Of a stretch of 64,000 nt of DNA, positions 20,530-31,299 are shown one piece after another; position 1 is the stretch's first letter, and the number at the start of each line of letters is the position of its first letter. Below the pieces are notes generated by a model. The model did no database searches and was not told the origin of the DNA. It saw only the letters and a program-made list of their open reading frames with translations. The position numbers and the translations under genes were made by a program. The DNA comes from Terriglobia bacterium. Lineage in GTDB: Bacteria; Acidobacteriota; Terriglobia; JAJPHL01; JAPKYU01. The stretch spans positions 896,001-960,000 of the forward strand of contig CBDCVK010000010.1 of NCBI GenBank assembly GCA_965223005.1. The letters are read 5' to 3'.

Positions 20530-21567
20530 CTAGATGACGAGAATAGACGGGTGGGCGTCGGCTCGGACTCGCCCGATGATGGCAGCGGGGATTGCCGCCT
20601 CCCGCAGCGCCTGCTCCAGGGCTGGCGCATCGGCTGCTTCCACCGAGATCAGCAGGCCTCCTGAGGTTTGCGGGTCGTAAAGCAGGGCTTCGATTTCCGC
20701 GGCCACCGCGCCACCAAACTCCACCGCAGAGGAAACAAACTCGCGATTGTTCTTCAACCCGCCCGGCTGGTGTCCGGCGCGCGCCGCTTCCAACGCTCCC
20801 GGTAGAAATTGCAGGCGGGTATGGTCAATCTCCAGACCAACGCCGCTAGCGGCGGCCATCTCGCGGCCGTGGCCCAGCAGGCCAAAGCCGGTGACATCGG
20901 TGGCCGAGTGCACCCGGAAGCGCAGCATGATCTCGCAGGTAGCGCGATTCAGAGCCAGCATGGACTCGACCGCAGCCGTGACGCTGGCCGGCTCGGCGGC
21001 TTCCCGCTTCAGCGCTGTGGAGATGACGCCCGTGCCCAGGCGTTTGGTCAGCACCAGTACATCGCCGGTGCGCGCCCCGGAATTGACCAGGATACGGCTG
21101 GGGGAAATCAGCCCCGTGACTGCATAGCCAAACTTGATCTCGTCGTCGCTGATCGAATGCCCGCCCAATACCGCGCAGCCGGCTTCTTCCATCTTCCCGT
21201 GGCCCCCCAGCAATATCTTCCCCAGGATTTCCGTGTCGCCTTTCTGGGGAAAGGCCACTAGCGAAAGCGCTGAGACCGCGCGGCCGCCCATCGCATAGAT
21301 GTCGCTGAGCGAATTCGCTGCGGCGATCTGGCCGTAGACGTAGGGATCGTCCACGATGGGGGTAAAGAAGTCCACCGTCTGGACCAGGGCCAGGTCCGGC
21401 GCGACTTGATACACACCTGCGTCGTCGGCGTTGTCGAAGCCGACCAGCACCTTCGCGTTGCTAATCCGCGGCAGCTTCCTCAGGACGGCGTCCAAAACCT
21501 TTGGACTGAGCTTGGAGGCTCAGCCGGACGCCTTCACCGCCGCAGTCAGTCTCGGTGTTTCTGGCAC
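20530..21567 (-). CDS. selD: Selenide, water dikinase SelD, selenocysteine-containing (UGA at 21520-21522)
   Basis: Extension past the track start gives VPETPRLTAAVKASG-U-ASKLSPKVLD (UxxK). Also DDAGVY, QTVDFFTPIVDD, TDVTGFGLLGH and DPQTSGGLL. Confidence 0.95.
21490..21506 (-). promoter_or_regulatory. Candidate bacterial SECIS (selD)
   Basis: GTCCAAA-GGT-TTTGGAC, perfect 7-bp stem, loop 20 nt after the UGA. Confidence 0.8.
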
Positions 21568-21635
21568 ACCTAGAGTATACCGCTCAAGCTGCAGGGCGCA
21601 CGGCTTGGGAGCAGGAGAAAATCAGGTGGAGCACG

Positions 21636-23279
21636 CTACTCGGTCAGGGTGACTCCGATAAGGCTCTCCCCGACGTTGTAGCCAAACAGACCGAAGTCCA
21701 GTCCGGACGCCTCGATCCGGCCGCTTTGCAGGTCGGAGAAAAAGTTGGCAGTCAGAAACGTAGCGCCTTCGCTGCTGACTGGGAGCTGGCTGAGCACGCT
21801 GCTGTTGATCGTGATCTGGCCGTCGAAGCACGAGGCTGAGCACATGACGACGCCGAAAAGCAAGTCAGCATCGTTGACCGAAGCCACGAGCACACCGACC
21901 TGTCCATTGAGGTCGAGGCAGCTCCAGGTCATGGTCAGCGGTTGCGCCTGGCTGAAGGAAGTGCCCTGGACCCCGAAGTCGGTCACACTGGACAGGAGCC
22001 CGAAGGCCCCGAGCACCGTGTTGAACGGACCCACATCGGAACCGCCAGATCCGCTCAAAGTCCAGATGCCAGGCCCCAGCGCGCCGTTACCCAGTTCCGA
22101 TTCGTACCCGCCCGGCTGGCTCGGGCCAATTACTCGGGGGGAACCGGCAAAGGGACCATTCAAGGTTAAGGTCCCGGCGTCCAGCGGCTGATCCTTGTTG
22201 ATGAAGTTGATGAAATTGGAGACGCCCGGCGGGTCGTTGGGGTCGAAGCGGTACACGGCCACATTGCAGCCACCATCCACCGGTGGGAACCCGAACTCAG
22301 CCGTTGGGATGACGGCCTCAAAGCGGCGGAAGCTCGCGCTGAAGGTGTCCGGGGGCTGGAACCCAGGCACTGGGACAGGGAGCTGCGTCGTAAACCGGTT
22401 CACGCTGGCCACGCCGAACGATCCGTTGAAGAAGAAGCCGGGCGAGCCGCTGCTAGCCTGGTTGCAATTGCCCCTGAAGCCCCTGGGTTTAGTGACCCCG
22501 ATGGTCACCGTGTTGCTGCTCCCATTTTCGAACGCCACCTGCACCGGCAGGTAGCAGCCCTCGGGCGTGTCGCCCGGCACCCGGGCGTTGATCTGGTACA
22601 GGCCTACGAAGCCGGGAGCCAGCCCGGAGAACTCTACCACCGCCTGCCGTCCGCCGATCATCACGACCGGAGTTGTGGTCGTAGGTTGCCCGGCGCCAGC
22701 GGATCCGTCGGCAGGAGTTTCCTTGACCGGCCCAAGACCAGTGCCAAAGATGAGAACAATGCCGCCGGGGATGGTGGTGAAATCTGCTGTGTTTGTGGGA
22801 GTATTCCCCTGGGCGACAAAATTCAGCACGGCCCCCGGGCCGCGCCCGTTGGCGGCCTGGGAAAACAAGCCAGGAGCCGTTTCCACAACGGATACGTTCA
22901 CTGGGGCGCTGGTTCCCCCTGGCGTTTGCACGGTCACCTGGACCGTGCCCGTCGGCGTGCCCCAGGGCACCTGGGCGTTGATCTGCCCGGCGGACACGAA
23001 AAAAAGCGGCGCCGGCTGCCCACCGATGATCACCCGGGTGCCAACAATAACGGTCGGCAGCGGCAAGCTCACCGAGCCGCCGGTCGCCGACCCTAAATCG
23101 GAGCCGAAGATCGAGATGATCGACCCCTGAGCAATCGCACTTCCCGGGGCACTGCTGGGACGAAAGCTGGCACCATTCACCACGCCGCCCTCAAACACCA
23201 CGGGAGCCTGGGCGAAGAGCTTTCCGGCATTCACTACCAACAACCACAAGCAGGAAAAAACCACCGCTCGGAGCAGCAT
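21636..23279 (-). CDS. Secreted protein with N-terminal TIGR03437-like domain and Cys-containing beta-rich C-terminus
   Basis: Signal peptide, then VVNGASF...PLFFVSAGQINAQVPW...IFGTGLG...FSGLAPGFVGLYQINARVP. Confidence 0.8.
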   Translation of the reverse strand: MLLRAVVFSCLWLLVVNAGKLFAQAPVVFEGGVVNGASFRPSSAPGSAIAQGSIISIFGSDLGSATGGSVSLPLPTVIVGTRVIIGGQPAPLFFVSAGQINAQVPWGTPTGTVQVTVQTPGGTSAPVNVSVVETAPGLFSQAANGRGPGAVLNFVAQGNTPTNTADFTTIPGGIVLIFGTGLGPVKETPADGSAGAGQPTTTTPVVMIGGRQAVVEFSGLAPGFVGLYQINARVPGDTPEGCYLPVQVAFENGSSNTVTIGVTKPRGFRGNCNQASSGSPGFFFNGSFGVASVNRFTTQLPVPVPGFQPPDTFSASFRRFEAVIPTAEFGFPPVDGGCNVAVYRFDPNDPPGVSNFINFINKDQPLDAGTLTLNGPFAGSPRVIGPSQPGGYESELGNGALGPGIWTLSGSGGSDVGPFNTVLGAFGLLSSVTDFGVQGTSFSQAQPLTMTWSCLDLNGQVGVLVASVNDADLLFGVVMCSASCFDGQITINSSVLSQLPVSSEGATFLTANFFSDLQSGRIEASGLDFGLFGYNVGESLIGVTLTE

Positions 23280-23463
23280 AGGACTGTCGCTCGGTGTAGA
23301 AGGAAATGCCGCGCGCAGATTATAGTTAGTTCCTGAAGCCTGGACAATGCCAGATGCGGAGTGGGAGCCTGGAGATGCTGAAGCTACTGGAGATGCTGTC
23401 CAATCGCCTCATCACGAATGGGGAACGCGCTCGGAGTGGCGAGCGATCGCCATAATCTTGCCT

Positions 23464-25854
23464 ATGGTCAGCGAAAGGGAAATCCTGGAGTACATTGCGC
23501 GGCAGCCAGACCGCCAGGCCAGCCTCAAGCAACTGCTGCGGGAGCTAGGCGGCGGAGGAGTGGCCCGCCGCGCGCTGAAGGACGAGCTTGCACGCCTGGT
23601 GCGCCAAAAGGCCTTGGTGAAATCGCGCGGACAGTACTTCACATTGGCTACCGGGGCGACCGGCCGCGCGGCGGGCTCGCGGCCGGAGAAAGGGACCCAA
23701 TTTCTTTCCGGCCGGCTGGTTCGCCACCGCGACGGATACGGGTTCGTGATCCTGGATGAACTTGTGCCCGGCATGGTGGGCGATGTGTTCGTCGGCCAGC
23801 ACAGCCTGGGCGACGCCATGCACGGGGACCGGGTACTGGTGCGGCTGGGCCGGCTGGACGAGCGCGGGCGCGCTGAAGGTCGCATTCACCAGGTGCTGAA
23901 ACGCGCCCACGAAACCGTGGTCGGGCAGTTCCGCTGCGAGCGGCGGGGCAATTTCGTCCTTCCCCACGACGAGCGTCTCCGCGAGGCGATCCGGATTCCC
24001 CGCAGCGAGCCGCTGCCCGGCGACGCAAGACCCCAGGAGTTGGACAACGCCATTGTCAACGTGGAATTGACCCGCTTCCCCACGGCCAGTAATCCAGCGC
24101 AAGGCCGTGTACTGGAAGTGCTGGGGCGGCCCGGCGACTTTGGCCTTGACGTCGAGATCATCATCCGCAAGCACCACTTGCCCCATCGATTCCCGACCGA
24201 AGTCCTGGAGGAGGCCGAGTCGGTGCCCCAGTTTCTTTCTTCGCGCCATCTGGAGGAACGGCTGGATTTCCGCGCTCTGCCGGTGGTGACCATTGACGGG
24301 GAGACGGCGCGGGATTTCGATGACGCGGTCTACGTCGAGCGGTTGGCGAACGGCACCTACGTGCTCCAGGTGCACATCGCCGACGTCAGCCATTACGTGC
24401 GCCCGGCGCGCCCGCTGGACCGCGAGGCGCGGCTGCGCGGTACTTCCGTCTATTTCCCTGACCGCGCCCTCCCGATGCTGCCGGCCGAGCTTTCCAGCGG
24501 CATCTGCTCGCTGAATCCTCATGTGGACCGGCTGGTCGTCTCTTGCCTGATGGAGATTGACGGGCGGGGAGAAGTGGTTGGGCACCAGCTGCGGGAAGGA
24601 GTGATCCGCAGCGCCGAGCGCATGACCTACACCAACGTCAACCTGGTGTTGGAAGGCGACCCGGGCCTGAGCGCCCGCTACGCGCCCCTTATCCCCCCGT
24701 TTGAACGGATGAAGGATCTGGCCTTGATCCTGAACGAAAAGCGCCGCCGCCGCGGCTCGATTGATTTCGACCTGCCGGAAGCGGAAATCCAGTTCGACGA
24801 GCTCGGGCAGATGCGCGCCATTACCCGCTCAGAACGCAACGTCGCTCACCGGATGATTGAGGAGTTCATGCTGGCGGCCAACGAGACGGTGGCCAACCAC
24901 CTGGCCGGGCTGGCGCTGGCTTCGCTTTACCGCATTCACGAGAAGCCGGACCCGAAGAAGGTGATGGAGTTTGAACAGCTTGCCGGCAGCTTCGGCTACA
25001 GCCTGGGAGTGGCGGGCCTGTCGGTCGAACGCTTTCGAATCAGCTCGGGAGAGGGAGCCGGGCGGCGTAGCCGCTTTGGGCGTCCGCGCGGCCCACGGTT
25101 CGCGCAACAGTGGGAGCTGCCTGCCGAAATTCCTGTTACTCCGCGCCACTATCAACGGCTCACCGATGCCATTGCTGGCAAACCGGAAGAGCGAATCCTG
25201 TCCTATCTGATGCTACGCTCTCTCAAGCAGGCGCGGTATTCGGAGCAGAACAGCGGACACTTTGCACTCGCCTGCCCTGACTACACCCATTTCACTTCTC
25301 CCATCCGTCGCTACCCGGATTTGATCGTCCACCGCATCTTGAAAGCGGTGCTGCACGATTGGAAACCGACCGGCGCAGGCCCCCGGGGACGCCGCAGGAA
25401 GCCGGCGGCGCGTCCCGGCCCCACATTCTCAGCCAGTGAAGGCCCAGCAAATGAGGGCTCAGCCAGTGAAGGACCGATCTCGGAAGCAGAGCTGAAACTA
25501 GTGGCCGAGGAGACGTCCGATTCTGAACGACGCGCCCAAGACGCCGAGCGCGAGCTGCTGGAATGGAAAAAAGTGGCCTTCCTGGCGGAGCGAATGGGCG
25601 AGGAATTCGAGGGGTTGGTGGTAAATGTGACCCGGTTCGGCTTCTTCGTCGAACTCACCGAGATGTTTGTGGAAGGCTTGGTTCACGCCGACAACCTCAG
25701 CGACGACCGCTACGTTTTCCGCGAGTCCACTCACGAGTGGGCCGGAGAGCGAAGCAAGCGCCGCTTCCGGCTGGGCGACCGTGTTCGGGTCCTGGTGGAT
25801 CGTGTAGATCCCGTGGCCCGGCAGGTCTACTTTGCCTTGGCTCCTCAGGACTAG
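23464..25854 (+). CDS. rnr: Ribonuclease R
   Basis: HRDGYGF cold-shock domain, TIDGETARDFDDAV, HFTSPIRRYPDL and a C-terminal S1 domain. Start placed at ATG 23464. Confidence 0.95.
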   Translation: MVSEREILEYIARQPDRQASLKQLLRELGGGGVARRALKDELARLVRQKALVKSRGQYFTLATGATGRAAGSRPEKGTQFLSGRLVRHRDGYGFVILDELVPGMVGDVFVGQHSLGDAMHGDRVLVRLGRLDERGRAEGRIHQVLKRAHETVVGQFRCERRGNFVLPHDERLREAIRIPRSEPLPGDARPQELDNAIVNVELTRFPTASNPAQGRVLEVLGRPGDFGLDVEIIIRKHHLPHRFPTEVLEEAESVPQFLSSRHLEERLDFRALPVVTIDGETARDFDDAVYVERLANGTYVLQVHIADVSHYVRPARPLDREARLRGTSVYFPDRALPMLPAELSSGICSLNPHVDRLVVSCLMEIDGRGEVVGHQLREGVIRSAERMTYTNVNLVLEGDPGLSARYAPLIPPFERMKDLALILNEKRRRRGSIDFDLPEAEIQFDELGQMRAITRSERNVAHRMIEEFMLAANETVANHLAGLALASLYRIHEKPDPKKVMEFEQLAGSFGYSLGVAGLSVERFRISSGEGAGRRSRFGRPRGPRFAQQWELPAEIPVTPRHYQRLTDAIAGKPEERILSYLMLRSLKQARYSEQNSGHFALACPDYTHFTSPIRRYPDLIVHRILKAVLHDWKPTGAGPRGRRRKPAARPGPTFSASEGPANEGSASEGPISEAELKLVAEETSDSERRAQDAERELLEWKKVAFLAERMGEEFEGLVVNVTRFGFFVELTEMFVEGLVHADNLSDDRYVFRESTHEWAGERSKRRFRLGDRVRVLVDRVDPVARQVYFALAPQD

Positions 25855-26020
25855 CCGGACGTCCCGTCCAGGCTGCTTGAGCTCTGGCAGCTATGAAGCG
25901 GTCACTGGAGGTCAGGGCCGGGGCGCAACGGGCTACCGTTGTTCTCCTCCGAAACAAATCCCTGCCCGATGGCCGGGCAGGGCCGATACCTTCCTTGTGG
26001 ATACATCCGGGGGGTTGAGC

Positions 26021-26533
26021 CTACTCCAGTTCGGGCAGCTTCAGGTTCGCTTTGGACAGAGCCCGCTCCACGAGCGCCTCGGCCTGCCGATCCTGCAAGC
26101 GTTTCACAACGGCCAGTTCGCTGATCACCAGGTGGCGCGCCCGGTCGAGCATCTTCTTTTCCCGAAACGAAAGCGGTTTGGAACGGCCCAGCATCAGAAG
26201 GCTTTTCATCACCTCGGCTACATGCGACAAGGACCCGTCGCGCATTTTTTCCGAGTTCTCCTTGAACCGCCACTTCCAGTCGGAATGGCTCCGGCAATTG
26301 CCGTTGGATAAATAAGCGAGGACGCGCCCCACTTCGGCCTCTTTCACGATCCTGCGAAGGCCGACGGTCACGACACCGGCAACGGGGACCATTACCGTCA
26401 GACTGCTGGAATTGATCCGCAAAAGATAAAACTTTTCGCTTTCTCCGGAGATGCTGCGGTTGCTGATTTGTTCGATGGTTCCAACCCCATGATTGGGATA
26501 GACAACTTTATCTCCAACACGGAAATTCACCAT
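26021..26533 (-). CDS. carD: CarD family transcriptional regulator
   Basis: FRVGDKVVYPNHGVG N-terminus, WKWR motif and C-terminal helical domain. Confidence 0.93.
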   Translation of the reverse strand: MVNFRVGDKVVYPNHGVGTIEQISNRSISGESEKFYLLRINSSSLTVMVPVAGVVTVGLRRIVKEAEVGRVLAYLSNGNCRSHSDWKWRFKENSEKMRDGSLSHVAEVMKSLLMLGRSKPLSFREKKMLDRARHLVISELAVVKRLQDRQAEALVERALSKANLKLPELE

Positions 26534-26833
26534 AATGAGTTATACCCCGCTGCAGACCCGTCTCGGGGAAACTAGGTCTGTCTTCCTGGGCTGGATTTAA
26601 CAACCAGTTTTACACATGAAAGCATACAAATGTCAATGGAAAGAAAAACGAAACCCACGGCGGGCGCTGCTTTCCGGCAACGCGGCCGGTGCCGGCCGCT
26701 CGAACAGTCCCGCTGGCGCAAGGTCGTGATGATGCCGGAGCACCCACTGGGACACTGCCGGTCTAGCTGGGAATTTCTGCTGCGTTTGACTCGGCTGAAT
26801 TTGAGAGGGATGAAAACCGGGCCCGCTATTTGT

Positions 26834-28330
26834 TCAAGGAACCTCGGAGGATTCCAAATGTCGTTTTAGCAGTTCATTTACCAGTGCCGGATTGGCCTGT
26901 CCTCGCGTGGCCTTCATCACCTGACCGACAAAGTAGCCAAAGACACCGGTTTTCCCCCCGCGGTACTGCGCCAGCTGTTTCGGGTTCGCTGCGATCAGTT
27001 TCTGGATCAGCGGCTCCAGCGCCGCCGGGTCGCTGATCTGAACCAGGCCCTCTTCGGCAATCAGTTGGTGCGCCGCCTTACCGCTGGCGAACATTTTCTC
27101 AAAGATATTCTTGGCGATTTTCCCCGAGATCGTACCGTCGCCGATTAAGCGCACCAGTTCGCCCAACTGCTGTGCGGAAACGGGAGCTTCCGAGATTTCC
27201 TTTCCGGCAGCATTTAGGGCGCCGAGCAGCTCCCCCTGGACCCAGTGGGCGGCGGCGCGAGGGTCGCCGGCAGCCTGGGCGGCCTGCTCATAGTAGTCGG
27301 CCAGGGCCCGGCTGGCCGCCAGCACCCCGGCGTCGTACTCGCGCAGCTCGTACTGTGTGAGGAACCGCTGCCGGAGCGCTTCGGGCAGTTCAGGGAGCGT
27401 GGCGCGAACCTGTTCCCGCCACTCGTCGTTGATCACCAGCGGCAGCAGGTCAGGCTCAGCAAAATAGCGGTAGTCGTGTGCGTATTCCTTGCTGCGCATG
27501 CCCACCGTTTTCTGCTCGTCCAGGTTCCACAGCCGGGTTTCCTGCGAGATCGTGCCGCCCGCCTCCAAGACGGCCACCTGCCGGTTGATTTCGTAGTCCA
27601 GTGCTCTCTGGAGGAAACGGAATGAGTTCAGGTTCTTCACTTCAGTCTTGACGCCGAACTCTGGGCTGCCCCGGCGCCGCACCGAGACGTTGGCGTCGCA
27701 GCGCAGGCTGCCCTCCTCCATGTTGCAGTCGCTGACTTCCAGATACTGCAAGATTTCCTTGAGGCGGACCAGATATTCGTGAGCTTCGTCTGAGCTGCGA
27801 AGGTCCGGCTCGCTGACAATCTCAATCAGCGGTACGCCGGAGCGATTCAGGTCCACGTAGCTTCGTCGGTCCGAATCCGAGAAGCCGTCGTGGATGCTCT
27901 TGCCGGCATCCTCCTCCAGGTGGACACGGGTGATGTCGATGCGCTTGGGTTCTCCGGTGGCGCGGATCATCAGATGGCCGTGCTCAGCCAGCGGTTGTTC
28001 ATACTGGGAGATCTGGTAGCCCTTGGGCAGATCGGGATAGAAGTAGTTCTTTCGCGCGAAGCGGGAAAAGCTGTTGATGCGGCAGTGGAGTGCCAGTGCT
28101 GCTTTCATGGCCATCTCCACAGCCGCCCGGTTCAACACCGGCAGAGCGCCGGGCAGTCCCAGACACACCGGGCAGACGTTGCTGTTGGGCGGATCGCCGA
28201 AGCGCGTTGAACAGGCACAGAAGATCTTGGAGTGACTGTTCAACTGCAAGTGCACTTCCAGGCCGATCACCGGCTCATATTGAGCCAGCAGCGCCGGGGA
28301 CACTGTCGTCGGACCTGTGGCCGTGCTCAT
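26834..28330 (-). CDS. gatB: Asp-tRNA(Asn)/Glu-tRNA(Gln) amidotransferase subunit B
   Basis: [31 protein letters not shown] and LRCDANVS motifs. Confidence 0.98.
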   Translation of the reverse strand: MSTATGPTTVSPALLAQYEPVIGLEVHLQLNSHSKIFCACSTRFGDPPNSNVCPVCLGLPGALPVLNRAAVEMAMKAALALHCRINSFSRFARKNYFYPDLPKGYQISQYEQPLAEHGHLMIRATGEPKRIDITRVHLEEDAGKSIHDGFSDSDRRSYVDLNRSGVPLIEIVSEPDLRSSDEAHEYLVRLKEILQYLEVSDCNMEEGSLRCDANVSVRRRGSPEFGVKTEVKNLNSFRFLQRALDYEINRQVAVLEAGGTISQETRLWNLDEQKTVGMRSKEYAHDYRYFAEPDLLPLVINDEWREQVRATLPELPEALRQRFLTQYELREYDAGVLAASRALADYYEQAAQAAGDPRAAAHWVQGELLGALNAAGKEISEAPVSAQQLGELVRLIGDGTISGKIAKNIFEKMFASGKAAHQLIAEEGLVQISDPAALEPLIQKLIAANPKQLAQYRGGKTGVFGYFVGQVMKATRGQANPALVNELLKRHLESSEVP

Positions 28331-28533
28331 AAGCAGTGCGAGCCTCCATTATAGCCTGTCCCGCCGGATGGTCATCAGACCTGAGAAGCTGTTGCCGGAC
28401 TTCGGGGACGGGATGCTGGTATAATCCGCGGGGAAATTGAGCGGCTCGTGCGTCAACCGGCGCGCGATTGTGTCGGCCGGACAGACATCCGAACGGAAGA
28501 AAACTAAACAGACGACTGGGAAAAGAGGAGAAT

Positions 28534-29337
28534 ATGGCTTTGTACCCTGCCAAGCAGAAGCTCGCCGATGGGAAAATAGTTTGCGGAACGATGTTGACCG
28601 AGTGCTTGCGGCCGGAAATGGTGACCGCGCTGGCCGCCTCCGGCGTAGACTTTTTCATCATCGACACCGAGCACTCGCCAGGCGACCTGCACGAGATCGA
28701 AGCGCTGGTGCGGGCGAGCCGTCAGTTCGGCATCGCCCCGCTGGTACGCATCACTGACAACGTATCGTACTTGATTACCCGCGTGTTGGACTGTGGAGCG
28801 GCCGGCGTGGTTGCGCCACGCGTTGACTCGGCCGAAGAGGCACGACGCATCGTCGACGCGGTGAAGTATCCGCCGCAGGGGCGCCGCGGCTTCGGCCTAC
28901 GCGGAATCGTTACCGATTTCCGGGGCGCCAGCACAGCCGAAACCGTCGAGGCCAGCAATCGTGAAACCATTGTGGTGATCCAGGTGGAGAGCGGCGAGGC
29001 TCTGGAGAACCTGGACAAGATCGTGGCAGTGCCTGGCATTGACGCCACCATGATCGGGCCACAGGACCTCTCCATCTCGCTGGGCGTGCCCGGCCAGCTG
29101 GCACACGCCAAGCTGAAGGCAGCCTACAAGCGCGTGGTGGAGGCGTGCCAGCGCAGCCCCGTCGCCGCCGGCATCCACATGGGTGACGCTGCTCGCCTCA
29201 ACGAGCTGCGCGGGGATGGCTATCGCTTGCTGGCCTACTCCACCGACTTGGCGCTGATGATGAAGTCGCTGAAAGAGGGGATCGAGGCCGTCCGTGGCGC
29301 GGGGGCTGCGGCGCCCACCAGCGCCGGAATGTACTGA
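28534..29337 (+). CDS. HpcH/HpaI aldolase family protein
   Basis: IDTEH, RVLDCGA, KYPPQGRRG, IQVES and IGPQDLS motifs. RBS GAGGAG before ATG 28534. Confidence 0.92.
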   Translation: MALYPAKQKLADGKIVCGTMLTECLRPEMVTALAASGVDFFIIDTEHSPGDLHEIEALVRASRQFGIAPLVRITDNVSYLITRVLDCGAAGVVAPRVDSAEEARRIVDAVKYPPQGRRGFGLRGIVTDFRGASTAETVEASNRETIVVIQVESGEALENLDKIVAVPGIDATMIGPQDLSISLGVPGQLAHAKLKAAYKRVVEACQRSPVAAGIHMGDAARLNELRGDGYRLLAYSTDLALMMKSLKEGIEAVRGAGAAAPTSAGMY

Positions 29338-29485
29338 GGCAAGAAAGAGTGCTGCGCGGAAGAGAAGCTCGGCAAGATTGCGAGTTCCAGTCTCGTTCGA
29401 TTTCCTCCCAAACTTGAGTGACCAACCCGCGTCCTTAAGCACCCTGGCAGCTCCCTGGTCGGTGTGCCCTCCCTGCGGAGTCTTT

Positions 29486-30682
29486 TTAGGTGGTCTTGCC
29501 CGGCTCGGAGACGCCGGAGGATTTTGGCGACGCGAGAGGAACGCGGAGCAGCAGGCGGGAGCCGTGTCCCGGGTGGGACTCGAGCCGCAGGGAAGCGCCA
29601 AGCTGGCGGGCGCGCTGCTTGATGCTGACCGGCCCGACGCGTAAGCGGTCCAGCTCTTCCAATGTGTAGCTGCCGGAGAAATTGAAGCCCTGGCCGTCGT
29701 CGTCAATAGTGAGCTTCAGCTCCTCCGCCTGTGCGTCCACGGCGATCACGATGTGGCTGGCGCGAGCATGCTTCCGGGTGTTGGCGACGGCCTCGCGGGT
29801 GATCTGGAACACCTCGCGGGAAACCCGGCGAGGCACTTGGACCCGGTGGCTGTCGGCCAACAGCTGGACGCTGATGTCCCCGCTGCGTGCCATCTGCTCG
29901 ACCAGATCACGCATTTCCTGGGCCTGGTTGCGCACCAGCAACTGGAGCTGCTCCAGTTGCTGGACGGCACCGGCCGGGTCGCGCTCCAGCAGCTTCCGGA
30001 TGAACTCGAGATGGACGTCAATGCTGAGGAAGGTTTGAAGCGGCCCGTCGTGGAAATCGTGCGCGATTCGGCTGCGCTCTTCGTCGATGGCCAGTGCCCG
30101 AGCGCGGCGCAACAAGAAAAATTGCTGGGTCAGCGGAGCCAATTCGACAGCGAGCGCCTGCAGGCCGCGCAGCGTGGCCGCGCTCATCTGCTTTGGATCC
30201 AGCACCAATAGGCGGCCGCAGTGCGAACCGCGGGCAAAGCGGACGCTCAGAATGCGCTGAGCTTCCAGACGCTGGCAAAGGGGCGACTCGGCAGGCAATG
30301 CTTCGGCCAATTCCCGGCGGTCCAGGGTGATCCAGGAATCCACCTCGTGCGGGGGCACCTCGAGCGGTGTGGGTTCGGCCTCGCCCTGCCGGTAATCCCA
30401 GCGGTAGAGCTGCTCTTCTTCGCTGTCGTAAAACAGCAGAATGGTGTGACGCACGCGCAGGATTTCGCTAGCGGCGCGCAGGACTCGGCCCAGCAACTGC
30501 CGGGGCTCGTCGCCCAGCCGCATACGACGCAGTTCCTGGACCAGGTCCCCTAAAGAGGAACGCCGACGGCCGGACAGCGGGGACGAGCCGGCCATTAATA
30601 CCATTAGGGTGACCCAGGCAGACCAGGTGGGTGCCGGCGCCAAATCGAGAAGGAGGCCCGAGAGCGAGAAGCTGAGCGGCAT
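29486..30682 (-). CDS. Orphan sensor histidine kinase (HisKA_3/NarX-like)
   Basis: ERSRIAHDFHD H-box, EAVANTRKHA N-box, DDDGQGF G1 box, GHGS. No cognate regulator in the window. Confidence 0.85.
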   Translation of the reverse strand: MPLSFSLSGLLLDLAPAPTWSAWVTLMVLMAGSSPLSGRRRSSLGDLVQELRRMRLGDEPRQLLGRVLRAASEILRVRHTILLFYDSEEEQLYRWDYRQGEAEPTPLEVPPHEVDSWITLDRRELAEALPAESPLCQRLEAQRILSVRFARGSHCGRLLVLDPKQMSAATLRGLQALAVELAPLTQQFFLLRRARALAIDEERSRIAHDFHDGPLQTFLSIDVHLEFIRKLLERDPAGAVQQLEQLQLLVRNQAQEMRDLVEQMARSGDISVQLLADSHRVQVPRRVSREVFQITREAVANTRKHARASHIVIAVDAQAEELKLTIDDDGQGFNFSGSYTLEELDRLRVGPVSIKQRARQLGASLRLESHPGHGSRLLLRVPLASPKSSGVSEPGKTT

Positions 30683-30889
30683 CTCGCAGCTATTCTACCC
30701 AAAGCCGCACCAAAGGTGCTAAAGCTGGGAGCTCCCTAGAATGCGAATGCGGCATTGGGCTGGATAATTGTTTCCCTAGGACGTTACCTTTTTACCAAAC
30801 CCGCCGCTTCAATTTACCTCGTGGGTTCGAACGGCAGTGCCCTAATTCCGTGTTATTCTTCACCAGAAACCTAGATTAGGAGTCCTGGC

Positions 30890-31231
30890 ATGGGGCACAT
30901 GGTGCAATGCATTCTCGACCCACAAGGGCCGCCACAGCCTTGTGCGTACTGTGGATCGCAGACCCCCAATCTGTGCAGGAGCCACAGCCTCTATGTGTGC
31001 CCTGACTGCACGGACTTGCACTTGGATGCTGGACCCTGGGGGCCACGGCTCACCGGGCGATGTGAGCGAGAGGACGGAATCTATCTGCGAGTCATCGTCG
31101 CAGATCAGCCAGCCGTCCTGTTTCGTTCCGATCCCAGCCAGCCGTTCGAGTACTTGCGAGGTGAGGGGCTGACGGATGCCTTGGAAACTTTACCCTGGGT
31201 CGCTGTGGGCTCCCCGGATCTGAGTTCGTGA
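30890..31231 (+). CDS. Small Cys/His-rich hypothetical protein (putative Zn-binding)
   Basis: CxxC-x7-CxxH-x4-CxxC-x3-H pattern. RBS AGGAG upstream. Confidence 0.55.
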   Translation: MGHMVQCILDPQGPPQPCAYCGSQTPNLCRSHSLYVCPDCTDLHLDAGPWGPRLTGRCEREDGIYLRVIVADQPAVLFRSDPSQPFEYLRGEGLTDALETLPWVAVGSPDLSS

Positions 31232-31299
31232 CTTGTTACGGACACGTCGGCCCGCAACCAGATTCATCGCTTCGCTCGGCATGATAGGAGAGAGTGGCA

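Noticed and set aside
20421-31231. Other genes ending in UGA (SDR, aldolase, Cys-rich ORF) as further Sec readthroughs
   Set aside because: The SDR and aldolase domains are complete at the stop, and no GGN-loop hairpin was seen at the expected distance after any of the three.
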